A DNA stretch of 39,731 nt, from positions 2,756,647-2,796,377 of the forward strand of contig NC_057760.1 of the NCBI RefSeq assembly GCF_004010195.1, given 5' to 3'. Under the pieces are notes generated by a model. It worked only from the letters and a program-made list of their open reading frames with translations, did no database searches and was not told the DNA's origin. Of this stretch, positions 22,175 through 33,881 are shown piece by piece. Both the position numbers and the translations under genes were made by a program. Position 1 is the stretch's first letter. The number at the start of each line of letters is the position of its first letter. Origin of the DNA: Chiloscyllium plagiosum. Lineage: Eukaryota.

Positions 22175-23460
22175 GGGTATTTGGCAACAATAATGCTATT
22201 GAATGTCAGGGAACTTGGAATCTGTCTTATTGGTGATGGTCATTGCCTACTATTTGTGTTGTGCGACTGTTGCATGTCACCTGACAGCCCAAGCCCATCT
22301 TGTCCAAGTGTAGCAAGACCTGGACATGGATTGCTTCAGTATCTGAGGAGTTGTGAATGGGGCTGAACATTGTGTGACCATCCCCACTTCCCCAGCATTG
22401 ATGAAGTAGCTTAAGATGGTTAGGCCTAGGGCACACCCTGAGGAACTGTTGCAGAGTGTCCAGCTAGTGGAGAGTTCTTCTACTCTCTGGCCCCAGTTAG
22501 GAATGATTCCAGTTTTGCAAATGCCACAAATGCTGCCTTGCCACTCCCACCTGTGGAGTTCAGCTCTTTGGTCGGGTTTGAGGATAGTAACTAAGTGGCT
22601 CTGGCTCTGGTAGAACTGAACTAGTTGTATAGGTTATTGCTGGACAAGGTCCGTTGATAGCACTGTTTTTTGAGACCTTCCCCTGCTTTGATGGACACTT
22701 AATGGCTGGATTGGATTTCTCCTACTTTTTGTACACAGGGCAAACTTGGACATTTTTCTACATTTCAGTCAAAATGCTGGTACCTACTTCTCCCTGAAAT
22801 CTTGACGAGGACCACACCTCATTCTGCAGCACAAGTCGTCAGTCCTATTGGACATGCTGTCACTACTCAGTCTTTGCAATATCCAGTGTCTACAGCTATC
22901 ACTCAATGTCAACTAGAGGGCATGGGTTTAGGGTGAGAGGGGAAAGATATAAAAGAGACCTAAGGGGCAACTTTTTCATGCAGAGGGTGATACATGTATG
23001 GAATGAGCTGCCAGAGGAAGTGGTGGAGGCTGGTACAATTGCAGCATTTAAAAGACATCTCGATGGTTTTATGAATAGGAAGGGTTTGGAGAGATATGGG
23101 CTGGGTGCTGGCAGGTGGGACTAGGTTAGGTTGGGATATCTGGTCAGCGTGGATGAGTTGAACCGAAGGGTCTGTTTCCGTCCTGTCCATCTCTATGACT
23201 CTGTGAATGTCATGTGGAGTGAATTGAATAAGCTGAAATCTGGCTTCTGGGATGCTGGGGACCTCGGGACGAATTACAGATGGATTATCCACTTGGCACA
23301 GCTATTTGAAGGTGGTTGCAACTCCTTCAGCCTTGTGTTCCGATACTGATGCATTGAGCTCCCTTATCATTAAGAATGGGGATATTTTGTGGCCCCTTCT
23401 CCTCATGTTGTTTCATTGTCCACTACCACTCATGGCTGGACATGAAGACCAGCATTCCTG
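22175..23460 (-). mobile_element. Old CR1/L2-clade LINE fragment, interrupted by a younger CR1
   Basis: Reverse complement homologous to 38130-39130 (PQG-type motif and 'DGHTMFSPIHNSSDTEA'); boundaries approximate. Confidence 0.6.
22912..23205 (+). mobile_element. Young 5'-truncated CR1 (HER1-like) insertion with 7-bp TSD
   Basis: TRGHGFRVRGERYKRDLRGNFFMQRVIHVWNELPEEVVEAGTIAAFKRHLD; AATGTCA at 22905-22911 and 23206-23212. Confidence 0.9.
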
Positions 23461-23568
23461 AATTATTCTAAAGTAATCCTGTTATCTTGAATAAGTAGTT
23501 TGTTAGCCTTTTCACAGACAAACGGTACTGAGTAACTAAACTGGTCTTTTGGTTTGTCTGCTTTCCAG

Positions 23569-23660
23569 CTATCGACGTAACCTACTTGTTGGAAGAAGGA
23601 TCGGGGAGACGGCTACGTAGGCGCACACTAATGTTAACTGAGAGCAGCTTCAGGAAGTGA
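23569..23660 (+). CDS. ASH1L: ASH1L last coding exon, to stop codon
   Basis: Acceptor ctttccag|CT; (A)[29 protein letters not shown] then TGA at 23658-23660, matching the recalled vertebrate ASH1L C-terminus (...SFRK*). Confidence 0.96.
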
Positions 23661-24530
23661 TGCACAACCATGGAAGGGAGCGTTTCCTGTATTGGAAATC
23701 ATGGCTTCTGCCCTGTCCTATTGCGTCCTGACAGCAAGAGAATTGAGGGATGGGGCCCCTCCCCACCACCCTACACAACCCCTCTGCTCCTCAACCCCCA
23801 CCCCCCACACCCCCCGGAGCTCTCTGATTAAACTATTAAATAGGACAGGAGGATGAAGAAGAAACTGACAAATTGAAACGAGTTAGCACTTGGATGCAGT
23901 GAGCCGGCCAGCACTCCCGCTGTTGATCTGCAGAGTGCTCTTGCTGTGTGCGCGCACATGCACGCGCGTGTGTATGGTGTTCCTCTCATTAACATCGGGG
24001 GGGAGCGGGGCTCAGTCAACTCTATGCTCCCATGGCCTGAGGCAGCCGAGAAACTTTATTTTGGGGGAGGTGGGGCACTATTGTGTTGCCAAACCACCAT
24101 CCATGAAGTGGGTGGAGGTGGTGTCTGATCGAAATGTTAATAATACACAAGCATCAAGAGATCTCTTTTCTTTTTTAAAAAAAAAGGACTGAACTCCATT
24201 TCTGTTCCTGTTCTTTGATTGTATGTGTGAATTCACCAGTGTGATTGTCATACAGTTTGTCCGGAGTGTGTATATATGTATATGGAGAAAGAGAAGACAG
24301 CTGAGAAACAAGGTAGTGGGATAGGGACGTTTACAATCCAAGCCCAGTGTTTGCACTCTCTCTGAGCAATTAAAGGCAACCAGTGTGCTGGCCCAGTAAC
24401 CTACTATGGTACGTGCTTGGATCAGGTCCTGTCCACCTTACCTTCAGCAAAACAAAAAGCAATTAATAAGCAGAGGGCATAAAAATAGGCGAAAAAAATG
24501 AAATTAAAAAGAGACACGAGTGGATTGGAA

Positions 24531-24554
24531 GATTGATTGATTGATTGATTGATT
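24531..24554. repeat. (GATT)6 microsatellite in the 3'UTR
   Basis: Directly visible. Confidence 0.9.
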
Positions 24555-27500
24555 AATAGCACTTAAAGTGTCTTTGTAGTTGGGTCAGGGAGAGGAGGGG
24601 TCTTGCTCTGGGTGGAATGGGATCTTTGGTTTTGACTTTTTCTAAGTTCATTGAGGACATTCAGAGATACCATTGTTGTTGTCCTAAGCTGTGTGTCTGG
24701 TGTGCTCCGTAAAGCAAATAAATTAAGGTGTGCTTTCTCAAAAACCGTAACCCCATCCCCCCGGAGGTTTGCACACAAGGGTCTCCTGCTGGGACTGATG
24801 GCGACATTGCGCACCACGCAAATTACACCTAGCTTAATGGCGACTATGCTTGAGGACAAGTCGAAGAGCTTGTTCTAAGTTGTGCTTCCTGTACTCTTGG
24901 TAAAAGAGAAGGTTATGAAAGAACCGAGCACCAAAGAGTTAATTTTGTTATCAAAACAAGTGATCTGTGGATGAAGTTTCTCATTCCCATTAAGCTCTGA
25001 GAGATTAACATCTCTCCTGAGCAATTTTCTCCCAACTAAGACCCCACTATTACAAAGAGTCTGGGGGTCCTGGAATATGTGATTCGGGGCTAATTCTTTC
25101 TCTAGAATCTGTTAAGACTTTTGAACAAGCCACTCATTTGGCCCATCAACCCTAATCCTTTTGTAAATCCATTTGCGACTCCGCCTCCAGGCAGTTCTTT
25201 CGCTGGCCCATTTCCTGTCCCAAACCTATCTTTAATGAGCCAAGCTTTGAGTGGTTTGTTTGAAGCTGTTCCTGCCACCTTTAACATCAGATGTGAATGG
25301 GTCCCAAACTTTGATGTGAAACCGGGACTGATGATCCCACGTCTAATTAGGCGTACGGTTCCTTTCAAACAAAAACACATGGCCAAACAATAACATTGTC
25401 ATAACTTGAACCATACAAGCTGCTGCTGTTTCCTCAAGTTCCTGTCCCCCTTACTTTGTTATTACTTATTTCCAACCTGGGGTGAGCTGGGGTTTGCATG
25501 CTGTGTACCCATAGTGCAGTGCAGCAGGGCAGGAAGTCACCTTGCCCATTGAATCGGCTCAGGCTCTTTCTCAGGGGGAGGAAGATCACTTTGGTTTATT
25601 CCACTTGCCCTTGTTCTTATTTCATTTGTTTCTCTCGTTTGAAATACTTATCTATTTCCCTTTGCATTTGTATCTCCCACCTGATCAGGCAGCGCGTTCC
25701 AAAGCTAAATGAACCATTGTGTCATGTCATGTCTGATTCATTCTCTTCCCCCCCCCCCCCACCTTTGATTTTCAGGGAGAGCCACAGTACAAGTCCAGAA
25801 TTATTGTCTGCTCTGTGACCGGCTCTGATCTCGCTGTACATTAGGAGAAAGTATACCGGTTTTCCCCTCCCTCTCCCAACTCCGTCATCTGTTTGATTTT
25901 TTTGTTGTCATGCAGTTAGCAATTCACAGCCGTTACCCCCTAGAATTGGATCACATGGATTTGCAACGAGTAAATCTGACCACATTATTAAAATGATACA
26001 TGACTTGTGACTTCTATTTCCTGATGACATTCATTAGGTTGAGTCTGACTGTACCTGAACTCTTGCCTATAGCATCTTGGCCAGAAACATAAGGCAGAAT
26101 CCCTGTCTCTTTTGCTTCATTCAACATTTCCTCCCTCCCAAAATTTATAAACTCCCCTGGCCCCGCTGAGTGTTGTCATCTATTTCCAGTACCTGCCCTG
26201 CTGAGTGGCAGCTCGCCAAAGAGACACCAAACCTCTGCCCCAAAATTACTGAACACAGCAGAGGGCGTGGTGGGGAGGAAGTCTCTTACAGGAAGAGCAG
26301 TGGGTCGCTTACTCTCCTTGAAAGCTCTGCAAGCAGAGGTATCAGGGCCATGTGGGGAAAGGGACTGAGTGTTGATTGCCAGGTCAACCACTCGTGTTGG
26401 GGGCCATGTCAAAATACATTTGAACTGAGGTTTTGGTGTGTGAACGGATTGGGAAGCCACAGTTACCGAGGGTCTTCACTTGTGTACAGTATTAACCAGC
26501 TACATGTGCAACACCAGTAACACCAAAGTCATGGCCAAGTGGAGCCAGTGTGAAATCTTCTCTTTTCTTAAAATAAAACCAACATAAGTAGGCAGGAGAA
26601 TACAAAAGGAAAGCCACTACAGAAATGAAAAGCAGTATTCAAAATGAAAAAGTATTTGTTGTGAAGTAGAAAACATTCGCGTAGAAGTAATAATCAAGAC
26701 ACTACGTCTGTGTTCTGTTTGAACTGTACAGTGTAGTACCTTCCCGCCCATTTTAACTAAAAAAAAACGAAAAAGGAAAAAAAAAGCTTTGCTTTGTCCG
26801 TATGTAAGCTTATGCAGTCCCACTCCCAACATCCTTTTAAATAAGTAAAAAACAGAAATTATGATGTGCCAATGTGTACATATCAGTTGTGTGGTTGTCA
26901 GCAATACTGTCATCACATGTTCCTTTACATGGACCAATTCTGTCCTAATGTACAAACGCATTGCGTCAATCTCAGTGGAACATGTTCCATCCCATTCCCC
27001 TTTTGTGTCTCAAAAGAAGAAAACCCTTTGAGATCGTATTTTATTAAAAAAAAATCGAAAAAAGAGAAAGATTGTTTTGACTATTTTCTTACTGCAAAGC
27101 AACACTGTACAGTAGCAGACGATTGAGTATGAGATACTCGATTCATCATTGATAGGAGTTTTGACAGGTCTGTAATATTTTCATTTGTCTCCTATAGACA
27201 TTTCACTCTTGGTAATAGTGTCAAACACTAAGAAAAATACAAAAAAAATTTATATATGTAGAAGGCACACTATGTCTGTCATTTTCTCTTTCTTTGCCGA
27301 AAGATTAAATCATGTTTTAGACAATCAGTGGTTAGGTAATGCCATTTTATTTTTTTTCTTCCTCTTTCCTTCCCTTCCCCTACCCTACCCTCCCCTCCTT
27401 ATTGGCATAGAAAGTGATGACAGGTTTTTTTTTAAATGTTTTTTTTGGGTTACTTTTTAAAAAAAAATTACAAAAACAAAGTCACGGAATCGCTGTTTAA

Positions 27501-27719
27501 AAGCACTACATTATTGCAAATAGATATAACTATAGTCTGCATGGGTGTAGGCAGTGTGATTGTTTGCTGGAAAAATGCTGCTAATATATTTACTTTTTAC
27601 AGAAGCATATCTAATAGATAATTGTTTTGACTTTAATCTTTGTAAATTATGTATTACGAATTTTAACGTTGGATGTAATTGCATAAAGACGCGTGTATCT
27701 CAACTTGAGAAAGTCTAGT

Positions 27720-27725
27720 ATTAAA
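27720..27725 (+). promoter_or_regulatory. Putative distal polyadenylation signal ATTAAA
   Basis: ATTAAA followed by a T-run and ttgtcgtttgtg (GU-rich); repeat-rich DNA resumes about 110 nt later. Alternative AATAAA at 26572-26577 and 24717-24722. Confidence 0.55.
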
Positions 27726-27837
27726 TGGAGAAACTGTTTTTTTTTCTTAATTGTCGTTTGTGACCTTTCTTTGCGTTGGACCTCAACATGCTTCCCCTTG
27801 TCTGCTCCTCAGGCAGGCTATCTCTGGTGACCCTCTG

Positions 27838-28132
27838 GGGGTGGCAGGGTGGCACAGTGGTGAGCTTTGCTACCTCAGAGCACCACGCTCCCAGGTTTGA
27901 TTCCAGCCTTGGGTGACTGTGTGGAGTTTGTACATTCTCCCCGTGCCTGCGTGGGTTTCCTCCGGGTGCTCCGGTTTCCTCCTGCAATCCAAAGATGTGC
28001 GAGTCACGTGAATTGCCCGTAGTGTTAGGTGCATTAGTCAGAGGGGAAATGGGTCTGGGTGGGTTACTCTTCGGAGGGTCGGTATGGACTGGGTGGGCTG
28101 AAGGGCCACTGTAGGTAATCTGATCTAAATCT
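27838..28132 (+). mobile_element. tRNA-derived SINE (HE1/V-SINE type)
   Basis: gggtggcagggtggcacagtgg head, V-domain, tail gtaatctgatctaaatct. Confidence 0.9.
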
Positions 28133-28231
28133 TGCAAGTCTCTCTCTACCAAGTTTGGATTGACTGTGAGGACCATGAACAATACAGGTATTGTCCCCAA
28201 GTTTGATGTAGCAAAATGCCAGTTACTATAT

Positions 28232-28541
28232 GATTAGATTAGATTACTTACAGTGTGGAAACAGGCCCTTCGGCCCAACAAGTCCACACCGACCTTCCGA
28301 AAAGCAACCCACCCAGACCCATTCCCCTACACCTAACACTAGGGGCAATTTAGCATGGCCAATTCACCTAACCTGCACATCTTTTGGACTGTGGGAGGAG
28401 ACCGGAGCACCCGGAGGAAACCCACGCAGACACGGGGAGAATGTGCAAACTCCACACAGACAGTCGCCCAAGGTGGGAATTGAACCTGGGTCTCTGGCGC
28501 TGTGAGGCAGCAGTGCTAACCACTGTGCCACCATGCCACCC
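28232..28541 (-). mobile_element. tRNA-derived SINE (HE1/V-SINE type), near full length
   Basis: (gatta)n tail at 28232, V-domain, head ending at 28541. Confidence 0.92.
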
Positions 28542-28679
28542 ACAACATATATATTCACCTCCTTCAGGCAAGGTTCCCACTCCTGATCACTATCTGTTGA
28601 GAAGCTATCAGGAGGTGTGGTTTAGCGGTTCAGAGTTCTCCTATGCTTTATTCCTGGCTTTGACTCCAAGGTAAAGAAT

Positions 28680-30130
28680 AGCCATCTGTGTGTAGGCATG
28701 GGGATTGCATGCCTGCAGTACTGTCTTCAGATGGATGGGGAAGGATCTCTTTTAGAAGGATCTTGTAACTGCATGACTGGCAGTCCACATTTGTGATCAA
28801 CTGATCTGTTCCACTGTCGATGATCGCTTGGCTGCAATGCACTCAGTACTGAGTCCCTTTGAACTATCGAACACTTCAAAGGCTTGCTGATATGGAAGGG
28901 CCTTATCTTTTGAGTGAAGCTTCATGTCATAAGGGAATAATTCCAGTAGAGAAGCCCGGACACTGGTTGCTCTTGCACTTCTGCACAATGGCACCTATAA
29001 CGTACCAACAGGAATGAATGTTCACAATTACTTTCTGTGGAGCAAGTATCCAGAGAAACAATGCAATTGCGCCTTTGTGGTTGGGTTCAGAAACTTCTCA
29101 ACGCAAACAAGATGGATATTCTGCTGTAGTCTCCAGGCATTTCCTGTTGGTTGAAAGGTGCTTTTGGAAAATCTTAAGAGTGTAACGTGCTGCAATGAGT
29201 GCATTTGTATTCTCTTGATGCGAGAGTGCTGGCGTCAAGGCTGCTACTCCGTACCCAATCTGCTTTTTGATGCCGAGGAATCCTCTCCTGAGGTTAAGGA
29301 AAGAGTTTAAGAGTCAAGGACCGTTGGTGAAAGCCTTCCCCTGCACCGGAGTCCAGCTTCAGCAAGTATCCTGAGAAACAAAACAATCCCGCCTTAGTGA
29401 TTAGGTTCAGAGTCGCAACGCAGACAAGTTTGGATATTGCTGCTACGGTGTCCAGGCATTCCATGTCATCAGCATTTTTCGTTCCTGGCCTAACTCGTTC
29501 AAACATGGGTAACTAGCAGGCTCTGCTTGGACATAAGGAACTGGAGTGACCCCTTGAGCTGTGTGAAGGGGAATGGTTCTGCTGTGAATCATCCTTCCTG
29601 GATATCCACAAGCGTATAGACCAGTAACTGCACAGTGCCATTAAATTAGATTTGAGAAGACAAGAGGGTTCACTCACCTTGGAGCATGTCAGCATGATCT
29701 CTGTGAAAAAGGCAAAACCTAGCTGCTGCCTGGATCTTGTGTTTACCAGTGGAACTATCTGCAGCCCCAGTAGACCAACACAAACTGCTGGCCTGCATTC
29801 ACTAGCCTACCCTTCTCACTCCTGGTTTGATTTGGTGACAACTGGGATCGGTTATCCCGAAGGAGCCGATAGCCTTCCCTGTCGAGATATCAGTTAATGA
29901 TTGCTGGCTTTTTGCAATCCCTTCCCCTACCTGGTTTTGTTCCACAGCTTGGCCCTCTCTGGAGCCAGGCTGCTGGCTGTGTCTCCGGGAAGCAGCAACC
30001 ATCTCCAAATCAGAAGATTTTTGGAGCCAGTTCCCACTGCAGAAATCCAACTACAGAATCTACACTGGCACTCCCCTGCACTATTCAAGGGTGCTGCATT
30101 GCCTTTTGGATACAGTTTTAAATCCTCGTG
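28680..30130 (+). mobile_element. Highly decayed non-LTR retrotransposon (RTE-like RT, tentative) with internal duplication
   Basis: Fragments resembling RT motifs across frameshifts (about 29225-29270 SAGV-KGC..PNLLF, like SGVKQGCxLxPxLF); diverged direct repeat 29041/29361. Confidence 0.3.
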
Positions 30131-30249
30131 ATGAATTGTGACACGTCCCATGGCGATTTTCAGAGAATAATAGGAAAATGGATATCTATGTCCTGTCCCT
30201 CAACTAGTATCAATCAAAAAGTGATTTGCCAATGTTTTCTGTGGAGCAT

Positions 30250-31955
30250 AGCAACCAGAGTCTATGGAACTATTCAGTCCATTGAGTCTGCTCCACCATC
30301 CAGTTAATTGTGAATGATCATCTGTCCTTTGATACCAATTAGTGACCAGAAGTTTCTCAATTTCTATCTTGAATATGTTCTTTGACCTTCCACAGATCTC
30401 CACAGCACAGAATTCTAAAGATTCACGGTCCCCTGAAAAATAATGCCGCCTCATCTTAGTCTCAAAACCCCTTATCCTGAGATTGCATCTCCTGATTTTA
30501 GACTCTGACTAGGGGAAGCTATCAATATCATGGTTTGTAAGCTTCATCAGGTGATCTCGTTCTTCAATACTCTGCAGAGTCCAGATTCTGTCTCCTCAGT
30601 CTCTTACGACAATTTTACTATCCCAGGATTAACTTGGTGAATCTCTGTTCCACTCCCTCTGTGCCAGGTGTATCCCTTAGATAGGAGAACCAAAATTGAA
30701 CGCAGTACTCCAAATATGGTCTCACCAAAGTTCTGTGTAACTGCAGCAAGACATCTTTACCCTGTCCTAAGATCTCCCTTCAATGGTTCATGAACAAGAG
30801 CAAAGCGTTCTTTTCCCCAACCTCTCGTTATCTAAGATGTATTCTGCCTTTGTCTTGTTGCTGCCAAAGTGAAACATTTAACTCTTCTTCACATGTTCAT
30901 GAAGCCTCCTCGCCTCATCCTTAAAAACTTGTAATATTTGCACAGTGCCTGGGAATACAATTGGGTCACACAGCCATATCATTTACATAGATTGTCATTG
31001 GTTGTGGACCAAGCACTGATCCTTGCAGTACCCTCTGCTAGTAACAGCCTGCCACTCTGAGAATTATCCATTTATTCCTGCCCTCTGTTAACCAATTTTC
31101 ACTCCATGTAGAGATATTCCCCCAGTTGCATGGACAACCTTTAGTCTGGTTAACATGACAAGCATTGCATCTTCACTAATGCCAATTTCTTTAAGTTCTT
31201 TACTTTCAAGAGTCCCCTGGTCACCATTGTTTCTCAAGAGTTTTTCTGCACTGATGTATGGAAAGTAACTATTTAGTTCCTCAACTATTTCCCTGTTCTC
31301 AACGATAAATTCTCCCGACCCTATGTGTAATGGGTCTACATTTCTCCTTGCTAATCCTTTCCTTTTGTACATAGATAAAGAAGCTCTTAAAGTCCACATT
31401 TTATGTTCCTTATTTGTTTGTATTCAAAATTTCTGGGTTTTGTTTAGTCAGGTTCTTCGTCTTCCTTAGGGTTCGAAATTGCATCCAATCCTCAGGCTTA
31501 CTCTCTTTCTGGCTTTCTTACCCACCATTTCCTTTTAATTTAGTACAGTCTTTACCTAAATGTTGATTTACCTTTGTTCCTTTGGGTGTTCAGGCCTTAG
31601 AGGAATATGTATCTGTTGTAAATCATATAGCTTCTCCTCTTCAAATATTCGCCATTGCCTTTCGACTTCCAAACCTATAGTGTATTTTCCTGATGAAGAG
31701 CTTATGCTCAAAATGTCGACTCTTTCACTGCCTGACCGGCTGTGTTTTTCTAGCGCCATACTTTTTGACTATAGTGTATTTTTCCAATCCACCGTAGACA
31801 CCTCAGACCTTGATAATATCTCATTTTCCAGTTGAAAACCCTAGTTTCAGAATGAACTGTATTTCCTGATGTGAAGTTCCATCATGTTATGGTCATTATT
31901 TCCCAAAGAGCACTGCACAGCCGAGTTATTAATTAGCCCTCTCTCATTACACCTT
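30250..31955 (-). mobile_element. Old CR1 LINE, fragmented
   Basis: Minus-strand LEYCVQFWFSY-type motif near 30680-30720; ORF 31088-31399 GEFIVENREIVEELNSYF. Confidence 0.7.
31689..31768 (+). mobile_element. Truncated Penelope-like derivative with CpG-decayed hammerhead and 14-bp TSD
   Basis: CTGATGA A GAGC-ttat-GCTC AAAA TGTC at 31690-31717; CTATAGTGTATTTT at 31675-31688 and 31769-31782. Confidence 0.7.
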
Positions 31956-32612
31956 AGAGTCATAGAGATGTAGAGCATGGAAACACCCTTCGGTCCAACC
32001 TGTCCATGCCGACCAGATATCCCAACCCAGCTAGTCCCACCTGCCAGCACCCGGCCCATATCCCTCCAAACCCTTCCCATCCGTATGCCTTTTAAATGTT
32101 GCAGTTGTGCCAGCCTCCACTTCCTCTGGCATCCGCCCATTGAGTCATCAATGGAGTTAAGTACAAATGTGAAATCTCACTTTGGGGTTCTTAGACTGTT
32201 AGCATAGCTCTTGGTTATCTTTCCATGCACGCACCACCCTCTGTGTGAAAAAGTTGCCCCTTAGGTCTCTCTTATATGTTTCCCCTCTCACCCTAAACCT
32301 ATGCCCTCTATGCCCTGACCCCAGGGAAAAGACTTTGTCTATTTGCCCTATCAATGCCCCTCATGATTTTGTAAACCTCTATAAGGTCACCCCTCAGCCT
32401 CTGACCTCCAGGGAAAACAGCTTTAGCCTCTCCCTATAGCTCAAACCCTCCAACCCTTGCAACATCCTTGTAAATCTTTTCTGAACCCTTTCAAGTTTCA
32501 CAACATCTTTCCGATAGGAAGACCAGAATTGCACGCAATATTCCAACAGCGACCTAACCACTGCCCTGTACAGCTGCAACATGACCTCCCAAATCCTGTA
32601 CTCAATACTCTG
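31956..32612 (-). mobile_element. CR1 (HER1-like) LINE 3' end containing a foreign 96-bp insert
   Basis: IEYRIWEVMLQLYRAVVRSLLEYCVQFWSSYRKDVVKLERVQKRFTRML on the minus strand; agagtcatagag tail. Confidence 0.9.
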
Positions 32613-32714
32613 TACTCGATCCTTAAAGGGTTCCTCCACACGCTGCTCCAGGAGCTCATCATCCACACAATGAGCATAATTATAGTTTCTACATAGAAAC
32701 AGTAAATGCATCTT

Positions 32715-33610
32715 TCATGAAGAGCAGGAGTAGGCCAGTCAGTTTTGCCAGTTCATGAGATCGCTGGTGATCTCTGGCCAAACTCCATGTACCTTCCTTT
32801 GGCCCATATCCCTTAATACCTTTGCTTAACAAGAAATCCATGTCAGATATTGAAAGTAACAAGTGATCTAGCATCAACTGCCACTTGAGAGTGTTCCAAT
32901 CTTTGTGTGTGGAAGTGCTTCCTAACATCTCTCCTGAAGACTTTGTCCCTAATTCTCAGACAGTGGCACCGAGATCTGGAATCTGCAGCCAGTGGAAAAC
33001 GTTTATCCTTATCAACCCTGTCTTTTCCTGTTAATATCTTGAAGGCTTTGATCAGATCACCCCTTAACCTTATAAATTTGAGGGAAAACTAGCCTCATTT
33101 GTACAATCTCTCCACAGAAGCCCTGGAGTCCAATTGTCATTCTTGTAAATCTACATTTGTGCTCCCTTCAAGGCCATTATATCTTTCTGAAGGTGTCCTG
33201 CCCAGATCTATGCTCAGTGTTCCAAGTGGGGTCTAACCAGAGTTTTGTATAACTGCAGCAAATCTTTCACATTCTAGTATTCCAATCTTTTAGATGTAAA
33301 AGCCAGCATTCCAATAGCTTTCTTGATTATTTTCTACACCTGTTCATGGTATTTTCAAGATCTATACCCCTCAGCCCCTGGGTTTCTTTGGGCATCCAAC
33401 TGCATACAATTGAGCAAATATCCTGATCAGTCTTTACTCTGTCCAGCACGGATAATCTCACACATGCTTACATCGAACTTTATCTGCCACAGTTTTGTGC
33501 ATTCACCTAGTCTGTCAATATCCCTTTATAATTCTATGTCTATCGTGTTGTCTAACTTTGACGCCAGCAAATTTGGATGTATGACTTTCTCAGCTGTTAT
33601 CCATCCAAGT
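32715..33610 (-). mobile_element. Old CR1 LINE 3' portion
   Basis: agcaggagtaggcca tail; minus-strand LYKTLVRPHLEH motif near 33215-33255. Confidence 0.7.
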
Positions 33611-33803
33611 TGTAAAGGGTTTTATATTGTGTAAGGCCATATACAAACCTAATCCTTTCTAAATCTCTTGTTTCCAGTTTGAGCTGCCTATAATTCAGCC
33701 TTAAGTGATGCTATGTAAGCTTTTATATGTCTTTCCAAGATACTCATTCGTTGCTTATATTATTATGGAAGCTTTTGACAATGATGTCCCAACCTCCCAT
33801 TTA

Positions 33804-33881
33804 TCTCTCTCTCTCGCGCTCTCTCCCTCTCTCTTGCGCTCTCTGTCTGTCTCTCTCTCTCTCTCTCTCGCGCTCTCTCTC
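33804..33881. repeat. Interrupted (CT)n microsatellite
   Basis: Directly visible, with GCGC and GT interruptions. Confidence 0.9.

Larger units (their letters stand above)
23661..27750 (+). other. ASH1L: Putative ASH1L 3'UTR (about 4.1 kb)
   Basis: Follows the stop codon; free of recognisable LINE/SINE insertions, unlike flanking DNA; AT-rich distal part; ends near ATTAAA plus a T/GT-rich tract. End position inferred. Confidence 0.7.

Noticed and set aside
29406..29472. Minus-strand C/D box snoRNA (TGATGA...CTGA)
   Set aside because: Box C lacks the 5' purine, there is no terminal stem, and the paralogous copy at 29.1 kb has no box C
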